This document shows positions 19,004 to 27,166 of a stretch of 64,000 nt of DNA, one piece after another. The stretch spans positions 967 through 64,966 of the forward strand of contig CAZYWZ010000016.1 in NCBI GenBank assembly GCA_964651705.1. Direction: 5' to 3'. The notes under the pieces were generated by a model. It saw only the letters and a program-made list of their open reading frames with translations, was not told where the DNA came from and made no database searches. Source of the stretch: an uncultured Verrucomicrobiales bacterium. GTDB taxonomy: Bacteria > Verrucomicrobiota > Verrucomicrobiia > JADLBR01. Made by a program: the position numbers and the translations under genes. Each line of letters begins with the position of its first letter. The first letter of the stretch is position 1.

Positions 19004-20101
19004 ATGGCGTCGCTAGCCTTGTCCATGCTGGCATCGGCCTTATCGGGCGATGCCCTCGACTTCGCCAAGTGGATCCCCTCGACCCTGCCGCGCTCGGCGA
19101 TATATCGGCAGGAAGGCTGGTTTTTGTGGGACCCGTGCGTCGCTCGGACAGCCGACGGCACATATCATCTGTTGTATTCGCGCTGGAGGCAGTCGCTCGG
19201 CTTCGACGCGTGGGCGACCCACGCCGAGATCGCGTGGGCCACGGCAAAATGCGCGGAGGGGCCGTACGAATTTCGCCGCGTCGTCCTTCCCGCCCGCGGT
19301 GGCGGGTTCTGGGATGGCCATTCGGTCTATAACACCTGCGTCATCCGGCACGGCGGGAAGTTCTACCTGTACTACACCGGCAACCACGGCTCCGACGCGT
19401 GGCGCCCCGACCGCACCATCAAGGCGTCATCCGAGGAATGGTGGGCACAGCGCAACCGCCAGCGCATCGGCGTGGCCGTCGCCGATCATCCCGGCGGCCC
19501 GTGGGAGCGATCGGGCCAGCCGCTGCTCGATGTCGGGGAGGAATTCGGCCAGGGAATCATCGCCGTGCCAAACGCCCTCGCCTTGCCGGACGGCGGCGTC
19601 CGCCTCTACTACAAGACGCTCGCGCCTGGCCCCGGCAAGTTCGGCGGCGGCGTCGTCCACTACGCCGCGACCGCGCCCGGGCCGCTCGGCCCGTTCCGGC
19701 GGCACCCCAAACAGATGGTCGACAAACGCGAGCTGCTGAAGACCGACGCGCCATTCAATTTCCACATCGACGACCACTTCGAATGGTTCCAGGGCGACCG
19801 CTACTATGCGATCGTCAAGGACCACGACGCGCCCTTCATGACGCCGCATGGCCGCAGCCTCGTGCTGTTCGAATCGCCCGACGGCCTGGACTGGCGCCCA
19901 TCCCCGCATGCGCTCGTGAAGGATTTCTCGATCGCGTGGGACGATGGCTCGCGACAGGACTTCCAGAGGCTGGAGATGCCAAAACTCCTTCTGGAAAACG
20001 GGCGCCCGCGGCTCCTGAGCCTGGCCGCCCAGCCCGAAAAGTCGGGGGAGTCTTTTCTGGTGATCGTACCGCTCGACCCGCAACCCGAGGTGCGGCTATG
20101 A
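19004..20101 (+). CDS. Five-bladed beta-propeller glycoside-hydrolase-like protein (GH43/GH117-like), paralogue of 47241-48323
   Basis: Only the C-terminal 365 aa of ORF-track entry 17711-20101 look coding; the upstream part overlaps the fucosidase in another frame. Blocks WDPCVARTADGTYHLLYSRW, FWDGHSVYN, GKFYLYYTG, QRIGVAVADHPGGPWER, YYAIVKDH, SPDGLDW. A GTG at 18998 is an alternative start. Confidence 0.6.
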   Translation: MASLALSMLASALSGDALDFAKWIPSTLPRSAIYRQEGWFLWDPCVARTADGTYHLLYSRWRQSLGFDAWATHAEIAWATAKCAEGPYEFRRVVLPARGGGFWDGHSVYNTCVIRHGGKFYLYYTGNHGSDAWRPDRTIKASSEEWWAQRNRQRIGVAVADHPGGPWERSGQPLLDVGEEFGQGIIAVPNALALPDGGVRLYYKTLAPGPGKFGGGVVHYAATAPGPLGPFRRHPKQMVDKRELLKTDAPFNFHIDDHFEWFQGDRYYAIVKDHDAPFMTPHGRSLVLFESPDGLDWRPSPHALVKDFSIAWDDGSRQDFQRLEMPKLLLENGRPRLLSLAAQPEKSGESFLVIVPLDPQPEVRL

Positions 20102-20171
20102 CGACAACGGATTCCATGAGCCGGCCGAAGTCGCCGGTGACCGATGCCTGAGGCTGCCAGAGAGTTGACGA

Positions 20172-20405
20172 GAACTGGAAGACGACGGCCACGCTGGTGG
20201 GGCAGCTGATCGAGATCGTCAGCAAGGGCGGCAACTTCCTGCTTAACGTCGGCCCTACCGTCGAGGGCGTGATCCCCGCGCCGAGCATCGAGTGACTCCG
20301 CGACGTGGGGGAGTGGTTGAAAGTCAACGGTGAGGCCATCTACGGCGCCGGGCCATCGGCGCTGCCGCCGACGGCGGGGAAGAACAGCTCCCCCGCGTGG
20401 CGATA
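20172..20405 (+). pseudogene. Relic 3' fragment of a GH29 alpha-L-fucosidase gene with an in-frame TGA
   Basis: Translation is [60 protein letters not shown]..., with the stop at 20292-20294. It matches the KGGNxLLNxGP...[13 protein letters not shown] block of the intact GH29 genes at 12922 and 40860. There is no N-terminal catalytic part and no start codon. Confidence 0.6.
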
Positions 20406-20614
20406 AATGGACTGCAGCGACCACCGTCAAAAGCAATTTCCGATCCTTTTTACGCTCCCTTAACAAAAAGGCACGCCGGGCCACACCATCTCTTTACATG
20501 GAGGATGTATTGTGGGGTATGGTGTTGGCGGATGTCTCGAGAATGCCGCTCGCCCCGGCCCCGTTCCAGGGTCGCTTGTCGGCGCCAAGGACATCACGGA
20601 GTAAAGACGCCATC

Positions 20615-22141
20615 ATGAAGATGCTGTGGATATTGTCTGTCGGCTTGCTGGCCGGCGCGGCTGCCCTGGCGGCACCGAGTCCGTTTGATAGCGGTGTGGC
20701 GCCAACGGCCGAGGGGACGATCGACAGGTATGTTCTTGGCAGGCTGAAAGCGCTACAGATCGACCCGGCCAATCTCTGCCCGGATGCGGTTTTCGTCCGC
20801 CGGGCGTTCCTCGATATCATTGGCACGCTGCCCACGGCGAAGGAGGCAGGAGATTTCATCGAGGACAAGGATCCGAAGAAGCGCGGTGCGCTGATCGAGC
20901 GTTTGCTGGCGCGCGAGGAGTTTGCCGATTATTGGGCAATGAAGTGGTGCAACTTGCTGCGCGTCAAGTCGGAGTTCCCGATCAATCTCTGGCCCAACGC
21001 GGTGCAGGCGTATCACCGATGGATTCGGACCTGCCTCGCCGAGAACGTGCCGTACGATCGCTTCGTCCGCGAGATGCTCACGTCGAGCGGCAGCAATTTT
21101 CGCAAGCCGCAGGTCAATTTCTACCGCGCCGTCCAGAGCAAGGAACCGATGGCGCTCGCGCAGGCCGTGGCGCTGACATTCATGGGCGCACGCGCGGAGG
21201 CATGGCCCAAGGAACGCCTGGCCAACATGGCGCTGCTTTTCTCGCGCGTCGGCTACAAGACCACCGCCGAGTGGAAGGAAGAGATCGTCTTCTTCGATAT
21301 CGGCGGGACGACCGCCACGCCGTCTGCCGTTTTGCCCGACGGGATGAGGGTGACTCTGTCGCCGGCGCAAGACCCGCGCGCCGTGTTTGCCGACTGGCTC
21401 ATCAGGCCCGAGAATCCGTGGTTCACGCGCCACATCGCCAACCGCATCTGGTGCTGGCTGCTGGGGCGCGGCATCGTGCATGAGCCGGACGACATTCGCC
21501 CCGACAATCCCCCGCGCCATCCGGACCTGCTCCATCACCTGGAGCAGGAGCTGATTGCATCGCGCTACGACCTGAAGCATCTCTTCCGCCTGATCCTCAA
21601 CTCAAATACCTACCAGCTTTCGGTCGTCCCGCGCACCTCGCATCCGGAGCCCGAGACAGAGTTCGCTTGCTACCCGGTGCGCCGGCTGGAGGCGGAGGTG
21701 CTGATTGACGCGATCAACCAGGTCACCGGCATGACGGAGAGATACACCAGCCGCATCCCGGAACCGTTCACCTATATGCCGGAGGAGCAGCGTTCCATCA
21801 CGCTGGCGGACGCGAGCATCACCAGCGCGTTTCTCGATCTGTTCGGGCGCTGTCCGCGCAACACGGGCCTCGAAGCGGAGCAGCGCGGCAGTCTCCCGAC
21901 TGCCGCCCAGCAGCTGCATCTCCTGAACTCGAGCCACATCCGCAACAAGCTGGAGCAGGGCCCCAAGATTCGCGCGCTGATGCACTCCACAAGCAGTGCC
22001 CGCGATGCGGCCCGCGCGCTTTACCTGACGGTCCTCTCGCGTTACCCGACGGCGGAAGAATTGGAGGCGGTGCAGCGCCGCGTCGGCCCGGAATTGCTCT
22101 GGGCGTTGATCAACAGCGCGGAATTCCAGTTTCGACATTGA
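20615..22141 (+). CDS. DUF1549/DUF1553 domain protein (PSD1-type, lacking an N-terminal cytochrome-like PSCyt module)
   Basis: ATG 20615 gives the signal peptide MKMLWILSVGLLAGAAALAA. DUF1549-type block IDRYVLGRLKALQIDPA...FVRRAFLDIIGTLPTAKEAGDFIEDKDPKKRGALIERLLAREEFADYWAMKWCNLLRV. DUF1553-type tail ...LYLTVLSRYPTAEELEAV...LWALINSAEFQFRH. Confidence 0.85.
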   Translation: MKMLWILSVGLLAGAAALAAPSPFDSGVAPTAEGTIDRYVLGRLKALQIDPANLCPDAVFVRRAFLDIIGTLPTAKEAGDFIEDKDPKKRGALIERLLAREEFADYWAMKWCNLLRVKSEFPINLWPNAVQAYHRWIRTCLAENVPYDRFVREMLTSSGSNFRKPQVNFYRAVQSKEPMALAQAVALTFMGARAEAWPKERLANMALLFSRVGYKTTAEWKEEIVFFDIGGTTATPSAVLPDGMRVTLSPAQDPRAVFADWLIRPENPWFTRHIANRIWCWLLGRGIVHEPDDIRPDNPPRHPDLLHHLEQELIASRYDLKHLFRLILNSNTYQLSVVPRTSHPEPETEFACYPVRRLEAEVLIDAINQVTGMTERYTSRIPEPFTYMPEEQRSITLADASITSAFLDLFGRCPRNTGLEAEQRGSLPTAAQQLHLLNSSHIRNKLEQGPKIRALMHSTSSARDAARALYLTVLSRYPTAEELEAVQRRVGPELLWALINSAEFQFRH

Positions 22142-22158
22142 TGAAGGAGCCAGCGGCC

Positions 22159-23535
22159 ATGAACACACCCATCTCACGACGCGACATGTGGCGCCGCGGC
22201 CTGCTCGGTGCCGCGGGATTCTATCTCGCCGACAACCCTCTGATCCGTGCCTGGGCCGCATCGCCGCCGTCGCGGGCCGCGGGCAAGGCGAAGTCGGTGA
22301 TCCAAATCTGGCTGTGGGGCGGGCCGTCGCATCTCGACTTGTTCGATCCCAAGCCGGAGGCGGGCAGGGATTATTGCGGCCCATTCGACAAGCCGATCGA
22401 GACCAACGTGAGCGGCATCCGGATTTGCGAGATGCTGCCGCTGCTGGGCAAACAGGCGGACAAATATTCGCTCATCCGCAGCATGACCCACGGCAACAAC
22501 GCGCACGAGACCGCAACCTATATCGTACAGACCGGCCGCAAGGCCGGCGAGCGGCTCGTGTATCCGTGCGCGGGCGCGGTCGTGTCAATGTTCAAAGGCT
22601 ACGACGCTGGCTACCGGGGCAGCATACCGCCATACATCGTGCTGACCGAGCCGCTGGGGCGTTTTGACGAAACGGGCTTCCTCGGCACGCGCTACAAGCC
22701 GTTCGTCACGGGCGGCGATCCGTCGCAGGCCCGGTTCGCGGTGGAGGGCGTGGTCGCGGAAGGCATCACGGAGCAACAGCAGCGCGAGCGCCGCGACCTG
22801 CTCAACCGAGTGGACGCGCTCAGGCATGCGCTGCCGCGAAATGCGGCGTTGACCGCGCTGGCCCGCTCGCGCGACCAGGCCTACGACATGATCATCGGCG
22901 ATGGCGCGACTGCGTTCGACCTCTCGCAAGAGGCGGAAGCCCTGCGCGACCGCTATGGCCGCGCCTCGTTGCCGGCGACAGCGTCGGCGGCGCAGGTTGC
23001 GCCCCGCACCAAGTTCGGCCAATCGTGTCTCGTGGCTCGGCGGCTGGTCGAGCGCGGCGTTCCGTTCATCACCATCAACTATCCGGGCTGGGACACGCAC
23101 AAGGACAATTTCGGGGAGATGAAGCGCATGTTGCCGGACCTCGACAAGGGGCTGGCGGCGCTCATCCAGGATTTGTCGGAGCGCGGGCTGCTCGATAGCA
23201 CGATCATCTGGTGCGGCGGCGAGTTTGGCCGCACGCCGAAGGTGGACTGGCAGGCGCCGTGGAACGGCGGGCGCGGTCATTGGGGCAGCGCGTTCTGCGC
23301 GCTGGTGGCGGGCGGCGGTTTCAAGGGCGGCCACGTCGTCGGGGCGACAGACGCGCGCGGCGAGGAAGTGAAACAGCGCCCCGTTTATCCCGGCGACGTC
23401 ATCGGCACGATCTACAAACTGCTTGGCATCGATCCCGCCGCGAGCCTGCCGAACCCGCAAGGCCTGACCGCGAGCGTGATGCCCACGCCAGCCGAAGGTG
23501 TGCCGACGGGCGGGCTGTTGGGCGAGATCATTTGA
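22159..23535 (+). CDS. DUF1501 domain protein (sulfatase/alkaline-phosphatase-like fold) with a twin-arginine leader
   Basis: SD aaggag lies 10 nt before ATG 22159. TTG 22138 and ATG 22141 are alternatives that overlap the upstream stop. Leader ISRRDMWRRGLLGAAGFYLA. Motifs: KSVIQIWLWGGPSHLDLFDPKPEA, GWDTHKDNF, WCGGEFGRTP. Confidence 0.85.
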   Translation: MNTPISRRDMWRRGLLGAAGFYLADNPLIRAWAASPPSRAAGKAKSVIQIWLWGGPSHLDLFDPKPEAGRDYCGPFDKPIETNVSGIRICEMLPLLGKQADKYSLIRSMTHGNNAHETATYIVQTGRKAGERLVYPCAGAVVSMFKGYDAGYRGSIPPYIVLTEPLGRFDETGFLGTRYKPFVTGGDPSQARFAVEGVVAEGITEQQQRERRDLLNRVDALRHALPRNAALTALARSRDQAYDMIIGDGATAFDLSQEAEALRDRYGRASLPATASAAQVAPRTKFGQSCLVARRLVERGVPFITINYPGWDTHKDNFGEMKRMLPDLDKGLAALIQDLSERGLLDSTIIWCGGEFGRTPKVDWQAPWNGGRGHWGSAFCALVAGGGFKGGHVVGATDARGEEVKQRPVYPGDVIGTIYKLLGIDPAASLPNPQGLTASVMPTPAEGVPTGGLLGEII

Positions 23536-23550
23536 GGGCGGAGAGAACTC

Positions 23551-25788
23551 ATGAACTCATTCCGGCTATCCATGCTGCCGCTAACGTTTGCGATTGCCTC
23601 GACCGCGTTCGCGCAGGAGGGCCAAATGAGCGAGCCCCACGTGGGCTACATCTATCCGGCCGGCGGGCGGCGCGGCACGACGTTCGAGGCGACCGTCGGC
23701 GGGCGCTATCTCTATGCCGGCGGTGTCCACGTCTCCGGCTCGGGAGTCAAGGCGACAATCACCGATCAGGAGCGGCAAGTGACGCCGACCGAGCAATCGC
23801 AATTGAGCGAGAATCTGAGCAAGATTCAAGAGAAGCGAAAGCAAGGACAGCGCGTGACGCCGGAGGAGGCGAAGATGGCCGAGGAGATCCGGCGGAAGCT
23901 TAACAGGTTTGGCCGTCGGCTGACAAACCCGTCGCTGGGTGAGTTCATCACGCTCCAAGTCAGCATCGATCCGGCGGCGACGCCCGGCAATCGGGAGATC
24001 AGGCTGGAGACGCCCGCGGGGCTGTCGAATCCGCTGGTATTCCAGGTCGGCGAATTGCCGGAGGTCAGCGAGAGGGATTGGAAGAACATCCCCAAGTCGC
24101 GAGGCAGCATGGAACCGGAGCTTGACCCAAAGCCGCCGGAGAAGGACATCGCGCTGCCGGTCACGCTGAACGGCCAGATTCCCCCTGGCGGCCTCGACCG
24201 GTATCGGTTCACGGCTCGCAAAGGTCAGCAACTCGTGGTCCTGGTCCGCGCCCGGGAACTTATCCCATTTATCTCCGACGCCGTGCCCGGCTGGTTCCGC
24301 GCCGCGGTCGCGTTGACTGATGCCGGCGGAAAGGAGCTGGCCTACACCGACGATTTTCAGTTTCGTCCCGACCCGGTCCTTCACTACAAAGTGCCCGCCG
24401 ACGGCACCTACGTCCTCCAAATCAAGGACGCGCTCTACCGCGGCCGCGAGGATTTCGTCTATCGCGTCACGCTTGGCGAACTGCCGTTCCTCACCGCGAT
24501 TTTTCCGTTGGGCGGGAGGATAGGCTCGAGGGTGACCGTCGGCACCAGTGGCTGGAATCTGCCGTTCAACCAGCTGCCGATCGATCTCGGAAAGAGCGCC
24601 CCGGGCATCTCGCCCATCTCGTGCGCCGGATTGGCCAACGGCGTGCCGTTCGCGGCGGACACTTTGCCGGAGTGTTTTGAGAAGGAGCCGAACGACGATG
24701 TCGCGAACGCGCAGCCGGTGGCGCTGCCGGTCATCATCAACGGTCGCGCCGATCGGCCCGGCGACTTCGACGTGTTTCGCTTCGAGGGCAAGGCGGGCGA
24801 TCGGGTTGTCGCGGAGGTTTGTGCTCGCCGGCTCGATTCGCCGCTCGACTCCATGCTCATAGTCACCGACGCGACAGGCAAACAACTCGAGTTCAACGAC
24901 GACCACGAGGACAAGGGCTCCGCGCTCAACACGCACCACGCGGACTCCTTCCTGATGCTTGCGCTGCCTGCGGCCGGCAGCTACTTCCTGCACCTCGGCG
25001 ACACGCAGCAAGCCGGTGGCGCGAGCTATAGTTATCGGCTGCGGCTCAGCGCGCCGCGTCCCGATTTCGAACTGCGCGTCACTCCCTCCGCCCTCAACGT
25101 CCGCGGCGGCTCGAGCGTACCGTTGACCGTCCACGCGCTGCGCAAGGACGGTTTCACCGGCCAGATCGCGTTGCGGCTGAAGGACGCGCCCAAGGGGTTC
25201 ACGCTGACCGCCGCCGACATTCCAGGGGGACAGGAGAAGGCCCGCTTCACGCTGAATGCCTCGCCGGAATCCGAAATGGAACCGTTCAGCGTGGCCATAG
25301 AAGGGCGGGCGATCCTCGCCGGCCGCGAAGTCGTGCGCGTCGCGATGCCAGCAGACGACATGACACAGTCGTTCGCCTACCGTCATCTCGTCCCTGCGCA
25401 GGACTTGAAAGTCGCCGTGATCGGCCGCTTCCGGCCCGGCGATGCCGCTCGAATTCTCACCGACACGCCGCTGAGGATTCCCGCCGGCGGAACCGCCGGG
25501 CTTAGGGCGTCCATGCCCGTCGGCCCGCTGATCACGAAAGTGGAATACGAACTCAGCGAACCGCCCGACGGCATCACCATCAAAAGCGCGACCTCGACAG
25601 GCGGCGACGGTGACATCGTCCTGCAAGCCGATGCCGAAAAAGTCAAACCCGGCGCGAAAGGCAACCTGATCATCTCCGTCTTTGCCCAAGCGCCGCAGGC
25701 GTCCGGCAAGGGAGGCGGCGGCGCCCCGCGCCGAATTCCGTTCGGCGCGTTGCCCGCCATTCCGTTCGAGATTGTCACCGGGAAGTGA
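23551..25788 (+). CDS. Secreted protein with two pre-peptidase C-terminal (PPC)-like domains
   Basis: Signal peptide MNSFRLSMLPLTFAIASTAFAQ. PPC-like modules: DRYRFTARKGQQLVVLV...DGTYVLQIKDALYRGREDFVYRVTLG, and EKEPNDDVANAQPVALPVIINGRADRPGDFDVFRFEGKAGDRVV...GSYFLHLGDTQQAGGASYSYRLRLS. Confidence 0.55.
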   Translation: MNSFRLSMLPLTFAIASTAFAQEGQMSEPHVGYIYPAGGRRGTTFEATVGGRYLYAGGVHVSGSGVKATITDQERQVTPTEQSQLSENLSKIQEKRKQGQRVTPEEAKMAEEIRRKLNRFGRRLTNPSLGEFITLQVSIDPAATPGNREIRLETPAGLSNPLVFQVGELPEVSERDWKNIPKSRGSMEPELDPKPPEKDIALPVTLNGQIPPGGLDRYRFTARKGQQLVVLVRARELIPFISDAVPGWFRAAVALTDAGGKELAYTDDFQFRPDPVLHYKVPADGTYVLQIKDALYRGREDFVYRVTLGELPFLTAIFPLGGRIGSRVTVGTSGWNLPFNQLPIDLGKSAPGISPISCAGLANGVPFAADTLPECFEKEPNDDVANAQPVALPVIINGRADRPGDFDVFRFEGKAGDRVVAEVCARRLDSPLDSMLIVTDATGKQLEFNDDHEDKGSALNTHHADSFLMLALPAAGSYFLHLGDTQQAGGASYSYRLRLSAPRPDFELRVTPSALNVRGGSSVPLTVHALRKDGFTGQIALRLKDAPKGFTLTAADIPGGQEKARFTLNASPESEMEPFSVAIEGRAILAGREVVRVAMPADDMTQSFAYRHLVPAQDLKVAVIGRFRPGDAARILTDTPLRIPAGGTAGLRASMPVGPLITKVEYELSEPPDGITIKSATSTGGDGDIVLQADAEKVKPGAKGNLIISVFAQAPQASGKGGGGAPRRIPFGALPAIPFEIVTGK

Positions 25789-26130
25789 GGTCACGGCGGC
25801 GCGAGGAGTTCACGAGGGTCGTTGAGACATCGCCCCGCCCGACCCAGGGGCCGAAGAAGGGAAAGAAGGTGCAATGAAATGGGAAAGGCTTGCTGGGGGT
25901 GAAAGAACCCGCTTACAGGAAAGGAATCCATGAAAAGCCCGAATAACTACTGCCATCTGCTGACATGCCTGATCCTGGGCCTCGCGGGAGGGTTCGCCGT
26001 CCGCCACGCTTCCCCGCGTCGGTAGCGGGGCGAACCCCCGATACCCCCCTGGGCACTCGGTGCGGATAGTTCACCCTGCCCGTGAGCCCTCCGGGCTAGA
26101 CAGGCTAGCCAGATAATGCTAAAGGGGTTC

Positions 26131-26379
26131 ATGAAGATCTGGCAACTCCAGGACGCCAAGAACCGATTCAGCGAGGTGGTGGAGAGGGCCCTGCGCGAGG
26201 GGCCGCAGACGGTGACGCGGCGCGGCGAACCGGTCGTGGTGGTCGTGGGCTACGGGGATTACCGGAAGAAGGCGCGACCGAAGAAGTCGGTGGTGGAGGT
26301 CCTGCGATCGTGCCCGGTCTCCGCGGAAGAACTGGATTTGGCCCGCACGAAAGATTTGCCGCGCGAGGTGGACCTGTGA
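26131..26379 (+). CDS. Phd/YefM-type antitoxin (VapB-like) of TA module 1
   Basis: MKIWQLQDAKNRFSEVVERALREGPQTVTRRGEPVVVVV is the typical Phd/YefM N-terminus. The stop overlaps the GTG start of the PIN gene (GTGA). The ORF-track start 26116 is an upstream alternative. Confidence 0.75.
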   Translation: MKIWQLQDAKNRFSEVVERALREGPQTVTRRGEPVVVVVGYGDYRKKARPKKSVVEVLRSCPVSAEELDLARTKDLPREVDL

Positions 26380-26795
26380 GCTGGCTCTTGGACACGTGTC
26401 TGATATCCGAGCCGCGACGCAAGCGGCCCGACGCCGGCGTGTTGGAGTTCCTCGAGCGGGAGGCGTCGGGGGAGATGTATTTGAGCGTGGTCACGGTGGG
26501 GGAGATCGAGAAAGGCATCGAGCTGCTGCCCGACGCCGGTAGGCGCCGGGCGACGAGGGCATGGCTCGCGGAACTGGAGGGGCTATTTGAGGGGCGAATC
26601 CTGCCTTTTGATGCGGCCGTCAGCAAGCGCTGGGGGAGGATGGTCGGAGGGCTCCAGCGCCGGGGGATCCGACTTTCCGCGATCGACAGCCTCATCGCGG
26701 CCACGGCGCTGCGTCACGATCTGACCGTCGTGACGCGGAACGTGGCGGACATCGGGCCATCGGGCGCGCGGGTCCACAGCCCTTGGCGGGGGTAG
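26376..26795 (+). CDS. vapC: PIN-domain toxin, VapC/FitB-like (TA module 1)
   Basis: VSWLLDTCLISE (Asp), VTVGEIEKG (Glu), SAIDSLIAATA (Asp) and VVTRNVADI are present in canonical PIN order. 139 aa, with a 4-nt overlap with the antitoxin gene. Confidence 0.8.
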   Translation: MSWLLDTCLISEPRRKRPDAGVLEFLEREASGEMYLSVVTVGEIEKGIELLPDAGRRRATRAWLAELEGLFEGRILPFDAAVSKRWGRMVGGLQRRGIRLSAIDSLIAATALRHDLTVVTRNVADIGPSGARVHSPWRG

Positions 26796-26890
26796 GCTCA
26801 TCATTTGCCGTGGTCTAACCCCGGCATTTATCAGTAGGGTGCGATACACGACCGCTTGACAATCGGATTATCCGATTATATGAGAATCGT

Positions 26891-27166
26891 ATGAGGGATC
26901 GACGGATGACGGTGACGGAAGCGGCGCGTCACTTTGCCGATGTCGTGAATCGCACATACTACCGGGGCGAATCGACCGTTTTGGTCCGGTCTGGAGAAGC
27001 GGTGGCCATGGTGGTGCCGGTTGGGGGGGGCAGCGTGACGGGCAGGGATTGGCTGGTCCATTGGCGGGAGATGCCCCGCTTGGGTGCCGTAGAGGCGGAG
27101 GACTTTGCCGCCGACATCGAAAGTGCGCGGAAGAACCTCGTTCCCCCGAAGTCGCCATGGGACTGA
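26891..27166 (+). CDS. Antitoxin (Phd/YefM-like) of TA module 2
   Basis: MTVTEAARHFADVVNRTYYRGESTVLVRSGEAVAMVVPV fits the antitoxin N-terminal pattern. 91 aa, overlapping the downstream PIN gene by 10 nt. Confidence 0.65.
   Translation: MRDRRMTVTEAARHFADVVNRTYYRGESTVLVRSGEAVAMVVPVGGGSVTGRDWLVHWREMPRLGAVEAEDFAADIESARKNLVPPKSPWD

Noticed and set aside
17711-20101. ORF-track 796-aa reading frame, and other N-terminally extended entries at 2795, 10337, 14442, 20330, 45773, 48110, 49333, 51551, 53358, 30098, 58732 and 61059
   Set aside because: The upstream parts overlap the preceding real gene in another frame and translate to Arg/Pro-rich sequence. In each case an internal ATG/GTG/TTG directly precedes a signal peptide and follows the upstream stop, so the shorter coordinates were used.
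20292-20294. In-frame TGA in the GH29-like fragment as possible selenocysteine or programmed read-through
   Set aside because: The fragment has no start codon and no N-terminal catalytic half, and I saw no hairpin resembling a selenocysteine insertion sequence (SECIS) directly after the TGA. A decayed pseudogene is the simpler explanation.
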